In this document: piece by piece, positions 13,183 to 27,182 of the stretch
How positions within the stretch are numbered: position 1 is the first letter of the stretch
Layout of the letters: each line of letters opens with the position of its first letter
Assembly (NCBI GenBank): GCA_951406725.2
Contig: OX597821.1
Location: 26,040,001-26,104,000 of the forward strand
Reading direction: 5' to 3'
DNA length: 64,000 bases
From: Octopus vulgaris
Taxonomy: Eukaryota
The notes under the pieces: generated by a model
The model's input: the letters and a program-made list of their open reading frames with translations, nothing else
What the model was told of the DNA's origin: nothing
Database searches by the model: none
Translations under genes and position numbers: made by a program

Positions 13183-13584
13183 ACTTTTATTCTTTTACTT
13201 GTTTCAGTCATTTGACTGCGGCCATGCTGGAGCACCGCCTTTAGTCGAGCAAATCGACCCCGGGACTTATTCTTTGTAAGCCCAGTACTTATTCTATCGG
13301 ACCTCTTTTGCCGAACCGCTAAGTGACGGGGACGTAAACACACCAGCATCGGTTGTCAAGCAATGCTAGGGGGACAAACACAGACATACACACACACACA
13401 CATATATATATACATATATACGACAGGCTTCTTTCAGTTTCCGTCTACCAAATCCACTCACAAGGCATTGGTCGGCCCGGGGCTATAGCAGAAGATACTT
13501 GCCCAAAGTGCCACGCAGTGGGACTGAACCCGGAACCATGTGGTTGGTTAGCAAGCTACTTACCACACAGCCACTCCTGCGCCT
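13183..13584 (-). mobile_element. SINE family A
   Basis: Full-length, near-consensus copy. Confidence 0.95.
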
Positions 13585-14197
13585 ATACGTCTATATCTTT
13601 TTAAGGGTATGTGAGCATAAGTGTGTATATGTGTGTGTATTTATGTGTACAACAAATCAAAATTGAATACATAATAAACCCACCCACCCGAGGGAAAGGA
13701 AATATATGGAAACAGTCGTTTAAAACAGGTAAAAAGTTAAGAATATCAATCACGATTAGAGAGAAAAAAGACGAATATAAAACGCTCCATTGTTCGGAAG
13801 AATTAACGCAATATAAAACGGTCTAAGATATAATCTATTTACACAAGCCAGAATTACGGTCGCATTTCTATTGGTTTTGACGAGATGGTGATTCCACAAT
13901 TTGTCACATTTTCTGTCCTTGAGATGTTTCGTGTAAATGAAGTGATTTTTATGAACGCATGGAGCGATGTTTTTAACTTGATAAATTATTTCTAGACAAA
14001 CTGATAGAGGTTTCATAAGTAAAGAGTCAATTGTATATTTGATTGAGACTGTGTGTTGGGATTAAAACGATTGCAACGTGGGAGACATGTTAGCCATTCA
14101 AAAACACACCAAGACTCTTTTACTTAAACATTTACTACACTGTGTAACAAAATTTTTATTTATTTATTTATTTTTTAAATTTTTGGTCAGTAAATAG

Positions 14198-14620
14198 GGC
14201 GCAGGAGTGGCTGTGTGGTAAGTAGCTTGCTTACCAGCCACATGGTTCCGGATTCAGTCCCACTGCGTGGCACCTTGGGCAAGTGTCTTCTACTATAGCC
14301 TTGGGCCGACCAAAGCCTTGTGAGTGGATTTGGTAGACGGAAACTGAAGGAAGCCCGTCGTATATATGTTATATATATATATATGTGTGTGTGTGTGTTT
14401 GTCTGTCTGTGTTTGTTCCCCCAACATCGCTTGACAACCAATGCTGGTGTGTTTACGTCCCCGTAACTTAGCGGTTCGGCAAAAGAGACCGATAGAAAAA
14501 GTACTAGGCTTCCATAGAAAAAGTCCTGGGGTTGATTTGCTCAAGTAAAGGCGGTGCTCCAGCATGGCCGCAGCCAAATGACTGAAACAAATAAAAGAGT
14601 AAAAGAGAGAGTAAAGAGTA
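14198..14620 (+). mobile_element. SINE family A
   Basis: GGCGCAGGAGTGGCTGTGTGGTAAG head to GTAAAAGAG tail. Confidence 0.95.
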
Positions 14621-14813
14621 CATGTTATTTCGTATTTGCTTCTGTCTAGAAATCAAAGAAAATTACTACAATTCTCTCCAAACTTTGCTTTTCTGACCTG
14701 GGCATCAATGTTTTGAAACTGACCTATCTTCCATTACATTTCAGACAGACTCAGCGCTGAGTTGCTGCTTAATCCTACAGATTTGCTTGTCAGTTGCTTG
14801 ACTTTAACCATTC

Positions 14814-15146
14814 CTCATGAGAGCTCAAAATCTCTCGTGGAAGCGCCATCCAACCAAAATGCAAATATATGGGAAACTACAACCTGTGTCATCTCTAGTG
14901 AAAGGTAGGAGAGTCCAGTTTGCTGGACATTGTTGTAGAGCTGAAAAAGAGGTAATTTCTCCTCTTCTCCTCTGGAAGCCATCTACTCGCAATACCAGAG
15001 GGCGCACACTCTCCTACCCTGATGTAATCTCCAGGGATACAGGCATCCAGCAACAGGACCTCCGCAATGCCATGATGGACCGTGAAGTCTGGCGTAGCAT
15101 GGTAAATTCCATTGTCTCGACCACGGTCGAACAATGATGATGACGA
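14814..15146 (+). mobile_element. 5'-truncated RTE-type LINE 3' end, inserted in a family E repeat
   Basis: ORF end ...RRVQFAGHCCR...MMDREVWRSMV..., (TGA)n tail, 10-bp TSD TTAACCATTC at 14804-14813 and 15147-15156. Confidence 0.9.
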
Positions 15147-16519
15147 TTAACCATTCGAACATGTCCCTCAGTGGCTGACAGTACGTGCGTCTCTGATGAC
15201 GAGCAGGATTAGTGGGGGAGGAGCATCATAGCCATGTGTTGAGAGGGATTCTTTGGGGGTTTGAATAAATGTAAGAAAAGCAAAGTTTGAAGGAAATATT
15301 AGGCATTTTTCATACATTCTAGGGGTAAGCAAATGCGAAATAACAGTTGCTACCCAAGAACAAAAATCATGTTGCTTGGTGTGTTACTTGGTACCAAAAT
15401 TTTCTTTCCCAGTTTTTGTGTTTTTGAATGGCTTATATGCATATTCCTCGCTGAAATCGTAATAGTATATTTGTTATCATGTAATTACCTTTTTTCTAAG
15501 TGCATGAAATAAGAAATCTCCAAAAGAACCGTTGTAGGTCCACAGCTTTGAGAAACTAATGTTTTGCAAAAAACAGACAGTTCCTTCCCTTTCATTACTG
15601 TATTTTTTTTTTAGATGCTCTGTGTTTCTTTCAATTATTTTAAATATAACAAAGAATTTAGTAAAAGAACTTAGTTATCATTAAGTTAGTATTAGGAACA
15701 TATATTGTGTCTCAGGTTTCGTGGAAGATTTTAGTTCAAAACTTATGAAAATTAGACATTTATACTTAGAGCTAGAGCCGGTTTCAGCCGGGTTGGTAAC
15801 AAAAGGGTAACTATTCTCCTGCAGTAAATGGGAATTTAATTCTAACCAATATTTACACGATGAAAACAGCTTGGCTGTTCACTGAACAATAAAAAGAAAC
15901 AAAAAAAAAAGACAAAAACAAAACAAAACAAAATAACAACTTTTAAATGGTTAATGTTGAGAAAGTTTTAAACTGTGACATTTCATGTGGCGGGATGCAT
16001 GTTTTCGAACAGAGCTGGAATAGGATGGAGATAGGGGCAGAGATAAGATGAGGAGAGAGAGAGAAGGAGAGAGGTGGGTGGGTAAGGAGAAGGAGACAGG
16101 ATGTTGTAATTAGGGACTGCAGTACGGGGCTGCAGTAATTCAATATTTCCAGCCATAAGTAGTTAGTAAAGAAAAAAAAAATTGTGCATCTGAGATATTT
16201 TGGTAAATTCCATATGTTATTGGGGGTAGAAAAGAGGGTAGGAATGGGGTGGGCTGTTGAACATAAGGTAAAGAGTGGGGTTTAGAGGGAGTAGGTATAT
16301 TGATGGCTTTAGAAGTGTTTTTTTGCATAAACTGACGCCAAGCATTGCACGCAATAAGCTGCTTTGATTACTGCGGCTCTTGTGTGTATATTTATGTCAG
16401 CGAATTGAGGAAAATGATCTTACAACAGATTTTTTTATAAATACCTGAAGACTAAATGGGCCAATGTGTGTGTGTGTGTATGTGTGTGTGTATGTGTATG
16501 TGTGTGTGTGTATGTATGT

Positions 16520-16569
<50 letters not shown>

Positions 16570-16722
16570 GTGAGAGCAAAAATACAAACACTGTATCTTG
16601 TGTGTGCACGTGTTTCTTGAATACCTACTGATTCTGGTGGGATCTTTTAAGCACATACATAAATACATGCATGCCTGTCTACCTACTTACCTACCTACCT
16701 ACCTACCTACCTATCTTATCTA

Positions 16723-16758
<36 letters not shown>

Positions 16759-16760
16759 TA

Positions 16761-16818
<58 letters not shown>

Positions 16819-16827
16819 CCTATCTTA

Positions 16828-16897
<70 letters not shown>

Positions 16898-17140
16898 CAC
16901 ACATACGGGCATTTATATATATATATATATATATACGTACGTACACACACATGCACACTTACTATAAATGTATGTATGTATGTATGTATGTATGTATGTA
17001 TGTATGTATGTATGTATGTATGTATGTATGTATGTATGTATGTATGTATGTATGTCTACAAGTATATACACAGATTACAGTATCTGCTAACGAATATGGA
17101 TGTACAGATCATAGATGTACATAATGTTTATATAAAATAT

Positions 17141-17531
17141 AGGCGCAGGAGTGACTGTGTCGTAAAGAACTTGCTCACCAACGGCATGGTTCCGGGTTCA
17201 GTCCCATTACATGGCAGCTTGGGCAAGTATCTTCTACTATAACTTCTGGCCAACCAAAGCCTCGTGGATGGATTTGGTAGACGGAAACTGAAAGAAGCCC
17301 GTCGTATATATATGTGTGTGTGTGTGTTTCTGTGTCTGTGCTTGTCTCCCCCACCATCACGTGACAACCGATGCTAGCGTGTTCACGTGCCCGTAACTTA
17401 GCGGTTCGGCAAAAGAGATCCGATTGAATAAGTACTAGGCTTACAAAGAATAAATCCTGGGGTCGATTTGTTCGACTAAAAGCGGTGCTCCAGCATGGCC
17501 GCAGTCAAATGACTGAAACAAATAAAAGAAT
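17141..17531 (+). mobile_element. SINE family A
   Basis: Full-length copy. Confidence 0.93.
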
Positions 17532-17541
17532 AGGAAATAAG

Positions 17542-17606
<65 letters not shown>

Positions 17607-18167
17607 ATGCACATAACTACGAATATATAGTACGTATACACAAATGTATAAGGTATTTAGATGTATATAAAATGTATGCGTTTGTTTTCGTTTAGTATTA
17701 ACTGTCGGAAAAAAAGAGAGAACTCAATACCATGGTAGAGATCAATATTTTATTTAGGTCGAGTCAACCTCTTGTTAATGGGAGGGGGGGTCTCTACAAA
17801 AGTTGAAGATTGATGTTTATGCTTCGCGTAGTACGCCAGTCTCAGGTAAAAAGTATTGAGGGCTTGAGGCCCCACCATTAGCCACAATGATATACTAAAA
17901 ATTCATCAAAGCGTCCTCCACTCGAGCGTGTGCTCGGGGACCTCTGTTGGCGCGGTGCCCAATTTGAACAAATCTGACTAATTGGATTAAAAACCAGCAC
18001 TGAGGGCACAGGGTCTTCAGGTAAGTTGTGGCCGGAAAATTGATTGGGTTTGCACATTCATATGTAATTAAGAGTTCTCTAGTCATAGGGCGAGAAAGTA
18101 TGATGAAGGAGGAAAAAAAAGATGCAAACTTGAACTGGAGGGAAGAAAGTGGAATCTATATATATAT

Positions 18168-18575
18168 AGGCGCAAGAGTGGCTGTGTGGTAAGTAGCTTG
18201 TTTACCAACCACATGGTTCCGGGTTCAGTCCCACTGCGTGGCACTTTGGGCAAGTGTCTTCTACTATAGCCTCGGGCCAACCAAAGCCTTGTGAGTGGAT
18301 TTGGAAGACGGAAACTGAAAGAAGCTCGTCGTATATATGTATATATATATGCGTGCGTGTGTTTGTGTGTCTGTATTTGTCCCCCTAGCATTGCTTGACA
18401 ACCGATGCTGGTGTGTTTATGTCCCCGTTACTTAGAGGTTCGGCAAACAGAGACCGATAAAATAAGTACTGGGCTTACAAAAGAATACGTCCCGGGGTCG
18501 AGTTGCTCGATTAAAGGCGGTACTCCAGCATGGCCGCAGTCAAATGACTGAAACAAGTAAAAGAGTAAAAGAGAG
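18168..18575 (+). mobile_element. SINE family A
   Basis: Full-length copy. Confidence 0.95.
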
Positions 18576-18588
18576 AGAGATGTGTGTA

Positions 18589-18627
<39 letters not shown>

Positions 18628-19245
18628 ACACATACATACATACATCCACGTCTACATATATACAGACAGACATGCGTACATACATACCCGTATAGATATA
18701 TATATACACATATGCACACATACATACACACCTTCGTCGCATCCTATATCCATAATTCAATGCGTTCTTCGACAACTCGCCACCTACTTCCACACCCGAA
18801 ATACCATTACGCCCGAACACCCCACCCCCACCCTGTACACCCCACCCCACCCACATCCTTACCCCCACTACCCTTCTACCACACTTCGACACCATCTACC
18901 TCAAAACATCCCAATAACCACACCGCATCCTTCCCTCACTTCAACATCCTGTACGTATCTCAAAAATTATGCTAATCCCGATTAATGACTAACAAACCGG
19001 TTATCTATGATCTTAGATTCAATTCTCGTGTATTTATTCCCGACGAGATACGTCGCTATTTTCACGAGGTATGTATTACATTGATTCCATTACGGGTTGG
19101 TGGGAGGTGGGCATGCAACAAGGATAAATTGTTGATCCTTCTCTGCCGTATACCCGGAATGAACGGTCTGAACGCCACACTGTGAAGTCATTCAATTTCG
19201 TTGAATGTCTTCACGTTGTGCTGTTTACTGGTTTAGAGCCTCAAG

Positions 19246-19278
<33 letters not shown>

Positions 19279-19391
19279 TGTATGTATGTATGTATGTATG
19301 TATGTATGTATGTATGTATATATGTATGTATGTATGTATTCACATATATGTATCTATATATACATAGACATATATATAATGTATATATATG

Positions 19392-19491
<100 letters not shown>

Positions 19492-20852
19492 TATGTATGT
19501 ATACACACATATATATATATATCCTAGGTGTTTATTGTCATACGAATAAATGGCCAGATGTTAAATTCTCTTGAAGATACATGTAGGTGTGTATATATGT
19601 GTATGCATGAATGAGTGTATGAATGTGTGTGCGCATGTATGTATGTGTGTGTGACTGTGCATGCGTATATGTATATATATATATGTGTGTGTGTGTGTGT
19701 GGGCGTGTGTAAATATACATTCACAAGCACACTTGCAGTTCATTGTCTTCTAAGAACATGGCCAGATGTCAGTAACTCTTCTTTCTTATTGTGTATTACT
19801 TCAATCATATAACCGAAATAGATATACACAGGTTGAGCCAGAAGAGACGAAATAAAAAAAAAAGGCAGTTGGAATAGCGACTGAAGCCACCAGATTATGG
19901 CTATAGACTGCAATATGCAGCCTCTCTCTATATATATATTGATTTCAAAATTTTGGCACAAAGCCAAATTACTCTCTGTACTTATTTTATCCATGAAAGT
20001 CGACCTCAGTGGAATTCGAACTCAGAACGTGAAGACGGACGAAATACCACCGCTAGGTATTTCCAGTCTCTCTCTATATATATTGCAATCACGTAGTGTC
20101 CCGTTTAGTCTCATTGCGTGGGACCTTGGGCAAGGGTCTTTTATCCTTGTGAGTGAAGTTGGTCGACGGCAACTGTGTGGAATATATATATATATTTGTA
20201 ACGATAAAAATTTGTTGTTATAATTGCTTACTGTAGGATGTGAATGATGAACAAAGCATGAAGTTTTAAGAAAGTATTTATTTACCGTTACGTTACAATA
20301 CCTTGCCTCGACAGGCAGGTTATGATAAATCCAAAAGCATGCGAAGTAAAGTTTGTGTTTGTGTCCTCTTCATTGTTTACTAGTAATTACAGAGAGATAT
20401 AGAATGATGTTATAACAGAAGAGAATTAGAGCCAGTGAGAGTTGTAGGGTGTTGTCTCACAGTTACTGAGAGTAAACTTCATTTCTCCCTCTGACCAAGG
20501 TTCTAGCTGGTCAGCCAGACTTCGTTGTCACCGACTGTGACTAACTGGTTGAGTCATTACCGACTGATTTTTGCTTGCGGTGTTCTTGCTTTTATAACTA
20601 TCCAGAAGAATAGACATATCATTGAGAACAATAGATTTAGTTGGTGGTCTTGTTATCTCTATTCTAGCTTTTGGTGAAGTAGAAGAGGTTAGAAAGGGTC
20701 AAGTGGTGAAGACATTATTTCGGCCTAGCTAAAAACATCTGAAAAATGTAAAACTGCTGTCAGAGAAAAACCATTGTTCCACCGTGGGAAAAGTTCTGTT
20801 AATTTAAATTTGGCTATGGTGGATCGAATCCAGTTCATGCATGCAAGATCCA

Positions 20853-20921
<69 letters not shown>

Positions 20922-21044
20922 CACACACACACAAACACACACACAAATATACCGGATTGACTTGGTGCCTCAACTTAAGTACCTAATTCAATTGAATCTT
21001 AATTATTTCTATGTGTGTGTATATATATCTGTGTGTGTGTGTGT

Positions 21045-21268
21045 ATGTGTTTGCCAGAAAGACTGCAAACCTAACGGAGGCCTCAAAAGACATTTTAAGA
21101 CCCACAAAGATCAGAACTTAACTGCACCTTTTGCTGGTCCAAATCGGATATGCAATCTATGTGGGTGTCTTTCCAAAACATTGTCTGGTTTAAAAAGTCA
21201 CAGATGTGATGATGGTTCTAAGGTATAGGCCCAGGAAATGATCAAACTCTGCATAAGGTGTAGACAAC

Positions 21269-21270
<2 letters not shown>
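21045..21270 (+). pseudogene. Probable RTE LINE C-terminal zinc-finger-like remnant
   Basis: CQKDCKPNGGLKRHFKTH...CNLCGCLSKTLSGLKSH resembles the CxxC...GLxSH tail of RTE ORFs; flanked by microsatellites. Confidence 0.55.
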
Positions 21271-21311
<41 letters not shown>

Positions 21312-21324
21312 CTCTCTCTCTCTT

Positions 21325-21385
<61 letters not shown>

Positions 21386-21388
<3 letters not shown>

Positions 21389-23220
21389 GAATTTACAGAA
21401 AAACAAAAGGCAAAGACAGGTGTATAAACAACAAAGAGGTGTATTAGTTTAACGCTCGTGAAGGTGAGAAAGTCTTTTACGTTTCGAGCCTACGCTCTTC
21501 AACAGAAAGAAACACGAGAAAATAAACAGAGAGAATAAAGAAAGCTTTAGCGGTCAATCATGGCGGCTGGCTGGACAGGGGTTTTTAGACAGAAGAGCTA
21601 GGAAGAAGGGGAGATAATAAAGTAGTGGTGATCCTAGAACGAAGGTGCGCGTGCATGTGTATATGAGAGTGTGTAAGTGTGTGCGTGTGGATAGTGGCTG
21701 GTGACCTTGACGTGCGGATGTGTAAGTGTGTGTGTGCGTCTGTAATGTGTGGGTGTGTGGGTGATGATGTGGGTACTGGAAAGTGGTTAGTGCTAGGGTG
21801 TTCGGGGGTGGTATGGTGTGATGTGGTGTAGTGTGGGTGGAATGATGTGGAGTGGTGTGGTGGGGGTGTGGGGTGGGGGTGTGGGGTGTGGTTGTGTAGT
21901 GGTGTGGTGGTGTTGGGGTGTGGTGGTGTGGAGGTGCGAGGGTTGGGTGTGAGTTTGGGGTGTGGATGTAGGGCTAGGGGTGGGATATGTGAGAGTGGGA
22001 TGTGTGGGCGGGGTGGAGTATGTGAGAGTAGGATGTGTGGGGTAGTGTGGTGTGGTTGGGATGTATTGGGATGGTGGGGTTGAGATGTGTAGGGGTGGGT
22101 ATGGATTGAGGAGTAACGACGGAGGGAGAAGGTGGATTGGAGTGAAGAGAGGAGAGGAGAGGTGGGTAGGAGTGGAGAGAGGAAGTAGGTGTGAGATGAA
22201 GTGAGGAGGGGGGAGGGGAGTCATATGAAGCGGGGAGGGGTGTTGAGCCCATATGGTGCAAAGGAGCGAAGAGAGAAGATTAATTCCTGTTCACGGTGAA
22301 GGCGGGAGTCCAGATGGCCCCTGTGCAAAGACAATCCAACACAAACAGGTGTTGTAATGAATGACCGGTAGAACGGAAATGGCGTGAGACGGGGGTGTCG
22401 TTGCCAAGTCTAACGTCTCGGAAGTGTTCTGCGAATCGGTCAGCCAAGTGGCGTCCCATTTGATCGATGTAGAGAGAAGAACACAAAGAGCAGGAGATGC
22501 AATAAATGGCGTTGCTAGAAGTGCATGTAAAGGAGTCAGTGATATGATGGGTGCCTGTGAGGATGGTGGTGTTGGAGAGGTAGGGGCAAATGCGGCAGCG
22601 TTGGTAGGAGCAGGGGAACGAGCCTTGTTGGGAGGTGGGGTTAGGGAAGAAACTGTGAACCATGAGGTCACGTAGGTTGTAGGCTCGTTTGAAGGAAGGA
22701 AGGGGTAGGTTGGGGAAGATGTACGAAGTAGAGGGGTGGGACAGGAATGGTGCTTTGGAGAGGTAGGATGGAGGGGTGGGTGGGTGAGAGGAAGCGGGAG
22801 ACGGGTAACGGCGGAGCGGGTGCGGGGAGAGAGTGCAAAGGCATATGCTCTGGCAAGAGCAGTGGGAATAGTGGTGAGAGGATATCCGCGAAGGATGAAG
22901 TGGCGAGCCATGAGTTGAGACTGAGTCTCAAACACATGGTTGTCACTGCAGAGCCTGCGCAGACGGAGGAATTGGGAGTAGGGGACGGAGAGCTTGGGTG
23001 TGGGTAGGGTGGGAGAAGGTGAAGTTGAGGCGTGTGTGTGTGTGTTGGTGTGTTTGTAGTGGACGGAGGTAGTGAGAGTGGAGTGATGTATGCTGACCGA
23101 AATGTCGAGAAAGGCGACGGAAGTGTTGGAAATGGTGCAGGAGAATTCGAGGGCAGGATGCTCTGTATATCATATCCTGTAACACTACTTAGTACAAGAG
23201 TAGCCAAACCACTATACTGG
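21386..23220 (-). mobile_element. Decayed Penelope-like element: RT C-terminus/thumb, zinc knuckle, GIY-YIG endonuclease, low-complexity 3' region, hammerhead pseudo-LTR
   Basis: Frameshifted FLDISV...HYK...RLRRLCSD...HFILRGYP; CSYQRCRIC; FTCTSSNAIYCISCSLCSSLYIDQMGRHLADRFAEH...PVSRHF (22280-22663); terminal module with hammerhead abutting (TA)n. Confidence 0.9.
21473..21510 (-). ncRNA. Minimal hammerhead motif (CUGUUGA) in the PLE 3' pseudo-LTR
   Basis: Reverse complement UCUUU-CUGUUGA-A-GAGC(GUAG)GCUC-GAAAC-GUA^AAAGA, same strand as and downstream of the GIY-YIG remnant. Confidence 0.75.
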
Positions 23221-23228
23221 ACGCTGAC

Positions 23229-23270
<42 letters not shown>

Positions 23271-23305
23271 CGTGTGTGTGTGTGTGTGTGTGTATTTGTG
23301 TGTGG

Positions 23306-23350
<45 letters not shown>

Positions 23351-23586
23351 ATCGATTAGGGAAGAAAGCTGGTTTCCTCTTCCCTAGGGAGCAGTCAATA
23401 AATCACGAAACGACATCAGAAGACTCTGTCTCCCTCACTTTTCCATACATCACTACTACCGATGAAATGTAAATAGCAAGTAAAACAAGCGGAGTGGGGA
23501 CGACAGGTGCCTACAAACATCGCAGGTTTCATGTAAAAAAATTCTTCTTCTCAATGCCTATATGTACACATGCAATGTAGATGTAT

Positions 23587-23651
<65 letters not shown>

Positions 23652-23667
23652 AATATATATATATATA

Positions 23668-23704
<37 letters not shown>

Positions 23705-23776
23705 TGCATGTATGTTTGTATGTATGTGTATGACCATCCCCAAATACAACAATACATACATATATATATGTGTGTG

Positions 23777-23901
<125 letters not shown>

Positions 23902-24153
23902 ACTGTGTTGATCTCGTTGACTCTGCTATGGTGTTTTACATATCTGAACAAGCAAGCTTGGCGGTTTACCGTTTTTATTTACACCGACGACCCAACGGAT
24001 TTTGTTGAGTTACATGCTACTAGTGGCGTTCACAAGTCACCGAATATGTGTATATACATATGCATACATATACATATGCATACATAGACACATACATACA
24101 TACATACATACATACATACATACATACATACATACATACATACATACATACAT

Positions 24154-24454
24154 GTGGTGGCACATGGTCTAGTGGTTAGAGCAGTGGACTCGCGGTCGAG
24201 GGCCTCGCGCGTTCGAATCTCAGGCCGGGCGATGTGTGTGTTTATGAGCGAAAAAACTTAAACTTCACGCGGCTCCGGCAGAAGATAATGGCAAACTTCT
24301 GCTGACTCTTTCGCCACAACTTTCTCTCACTCTTCCCTCCTGCATCTTGCAGCTCACCTGCGACGGACCGGCGTCCGGTCCAGGTGGGGAACCTATACGC
24401 CAAGGAAACCGGGAATCCGGCCCTTATGAGCCAGGCATGGCTTGAGAAGGAACA
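24154..24454 (+). mobile_element. SINE family C (tail type 2) inserted in (TACA)n
   Basis: TGGTCTAGTGGTTAGAGCAG A box and GTTCGAATC B box; (TACA)n on both sides. Confidence 0.9.
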
Positions 24455-25598
24455 TACATACATACATGCATACATACATACATACATACATACATACATA
24501 CATACATACATACATACATACATACATACATACATGGTATGGTTTAGTAGCTCTCAACTCGTAGATGAGTATGATAACCACTGATAAATTTTCTTATTCG
24601 AACTGTTAAAGAGTGTGTGTCAGCAATGGCGGGTTGAAATTTATTGTCAACAACAGCTTGTATAACACCTTAAGACCTTCATCTATGAAGCCGAGTAGTC
24701 CAGAAAGAAGCAAGAGCAAGAATGAAAGGAACGAAGGAGTGCGCCGAAGTCAGACTTCGAGAAGCGATTGGGATAGGTAGAGCGATGATGGTGCCCCTCT
24801 TGTTGTGACTTAGACCAGTAGCGGAGAATGTATTTCCTTTCGCACAAGCAAGGAGCGAAAAATTCATCGGATTTATTATCAGGTAAGGACTATGTGATAG
24901 TGAGTTATTTTGTATCAGTCACGTTTCCGTCAAACAGGCTGTGTCTTCCGCTGGTCTTGGAATAAGGCATGCGCTTCCGCAATAATCTCCATTTAATACC
25001 GTAATCTGTAGCTTTTGTCTTTCAAAAGTTGTGTGTACTTGAGCAGCGTTGTGACGATCCACTTCTCGCGGTTTCTGAATGAGGCGGCGTTTGATTGCAC
25101 ATACGTTTCTCGAACAGGTCCTTCCGCCGTTCCGTTGTAACATTTCAGTCTAGATGCTTTGTTCAGCTGTTTGCTCATGATTTGTAATTGCTACACAACG
25201 GCTTCCGTGTTACAACAAGCGATGAGTGACCATGTGGTATTATCCCTTCATGAGCAACCGGCTCCTGTGCGAAACGATACGCATCATGCTGGTTGTGCAA
25301 CTGAAGGAAATTAAGTATGTGCCTATTAAATTACTTTCCATTATTGGAATCGGAGAAAAACTTTTGTCAAATAACCAAAGGACGGGTTTATCTATGCTGG
25401 ACTTAACATTTACCGAGAAATGGATTTGTTCACCAAAAGGCTTCATGAGGCTTGTTTTTAGAGGGTGGGATGGGTGTAAAAGTAGTCTTTGTACTCGTTC
25501 GCCATTATGGCGAACGAGTACAAGCTAGAGCATTTATAGAAAACCAACTCCATAGAATATAGATTGGGACTGCTCTTACGGCAGGCACCCTTTTCTTC

Positions 25599-25639
<41 letters not shown>

Positions 25640-25852
25640 TTCCTTTCTTTCTTTCTTCCTTTCTTTCTTTCTTTCTTTCTTTCTTTTTTTCTCTTTTTCT
25701 TTCTTTCTTTCTTCCTTTCTTTCTTTCTTTGTTTCTTTCTGTCCTTTCCCTTCTTGTAACCATTCTTTCATTGTTTCTTCGTATCGGTAAAAAGTTCGTC
25801 TCGCAGTCGCACGATCATTTGATCCATATTACTGCGGGCATTTTGCTTGGAT

Positions 25853-25912
25853 AAGCGTTGGTTGGTTCGAAGTTCGTAGTTTACTAAACGAACTTCCAGC
25901 CGACCAACGCTT
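25853..25912 (+). other. 60-nt hairpin (24 of 25 positions paired) inside a decayed family A SINE
   Basis: AAGCGTTGGTTGGTTCGAAGTTCGT-AGTTTACTAA-ACGAACTTCCAGCCGACCAACGCTT. Confidence 0.85.
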
Positions 25913-27137
25913 TGCAAATGAAATTTAAAGCTAGAGACTGTACAGAAGCCTGTTATCTCTCTGTCTGTCTATCTATCTATTTATCTGTCTGCCTGCCTGT
26001 CTGACTGTGTGTGTGTGATTTATACACACAATATGTATACAAAAAGTGTATAGAATTCCTTCATTTCCGTTGGACTACGAATGTAGTGATACTGAGAAAA
26101 TATTCTCTGAAGCTGGACTGTCCGCTGTAGGCCGCTAACTTTGGATATACGGCAAAGAAGGACCATCTACTGTCGGTGCCATATATCCTACCCGTAATGA
26201 ATCTAACGATACGCGAGTAGTGAAAATAGCAATGCCGGGTGAGATACATGGGGACTAAATCTGAGATCAAAGATGTCAAGCTTGTAATATTAATTGGCCT
26301 GGGCTAAATTTGAACTACAGGATGTTGTAAGATAGGAATGAGGGGTGCTGGGTGTGGTACTCTGGGGGTGCCGGAGGAGGGTTCTTGGTGGGGGTGTAAT
26401 GGTTGCAGTGCGGGTAGGTATTGAGGTATGGAGGAGAAACGTTAGGGTGAGGATGAGCTGGATGGGTGAGGTGTTAGGGCTTGATGTAGAGTGGGGTGGT
26501 AAAACGTTAAGATGCGGCGAGGTTGTTGGGGATGAAGGAAGATGGTGTTTAGGTTTATGGAGGAGAGATGCTGGGATGTTGTGAATGTTGGCGGTACGTG
26601 GGAGTAGGGCTAGGGGGTAGTGAAGGAAGGGTGTTGAGCTTTGGAGTAGGGATGTTGGGGTGCTTTAGTTGTTGCGGGGTGTGGTGTATGGAAATAGGGT
26701 ATTGGTGTTTGTGAAGGTGGGATGAAGGGCGTTGAAATGTGTTGGGATGAGTGTGGAGGAGTAGTGTTAACGGGGTGTGGATATGAGAGTGTTGTAAGTG
26801 TAGGGGTAGGGTGGGGTGCGAAGAAATGGTGCTGGATGGGAGGATGGGGGAGTGGGGGGTTGCAAAGACTGGGTGTCAAGTGAGTGATGGGTGGCGCAGT
26901 TGGAAAGCTGCAACTGGTAATCATGATTAGTCGCTTTCGGGAAAATTCTTCTTTGCTAGTAGTAGTAGTGGTGGTGTTGGTGGTGTTGGCTGTGATTGTA
27001 CAACTTGTAGTGTTAGTGACAATTGTAGTAGTAGTGGTTGTGGAAGTAGTAGTAGTCGTAATAGTAATAGTAATGGTGGCGGTGGCGGTGCTAGCTGTAG
27101 TATTAGTGGTAGGAGTAGTAGTGGTAGTAGTAGTAGC

Positions 27138-27182
<45 letters not shown>

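Noticed and set aside
13353-13604. Recurrent ORFs such as YDGLLSVSVYQIHSQG and RRASFSFRLPNPLTR
   Set aside because: Translations of the non-coding SINE A; such peptides are typical spurious gene predictions
20962-21228. Host C2H2 zinc-finger gene
   Set aside because: Lacks TGEKP linkers and the F/L spacing of host C2H2 arrays; fits the C-terminus of RTE LINE ORFs
24154-24230. tRNA genes (also 3760-3832, 41965-42042, 62739-62812)
   Set aside because: A and B boxes present but no proper acceptor stem or cloverleaf, and each continues into SINE core sequence
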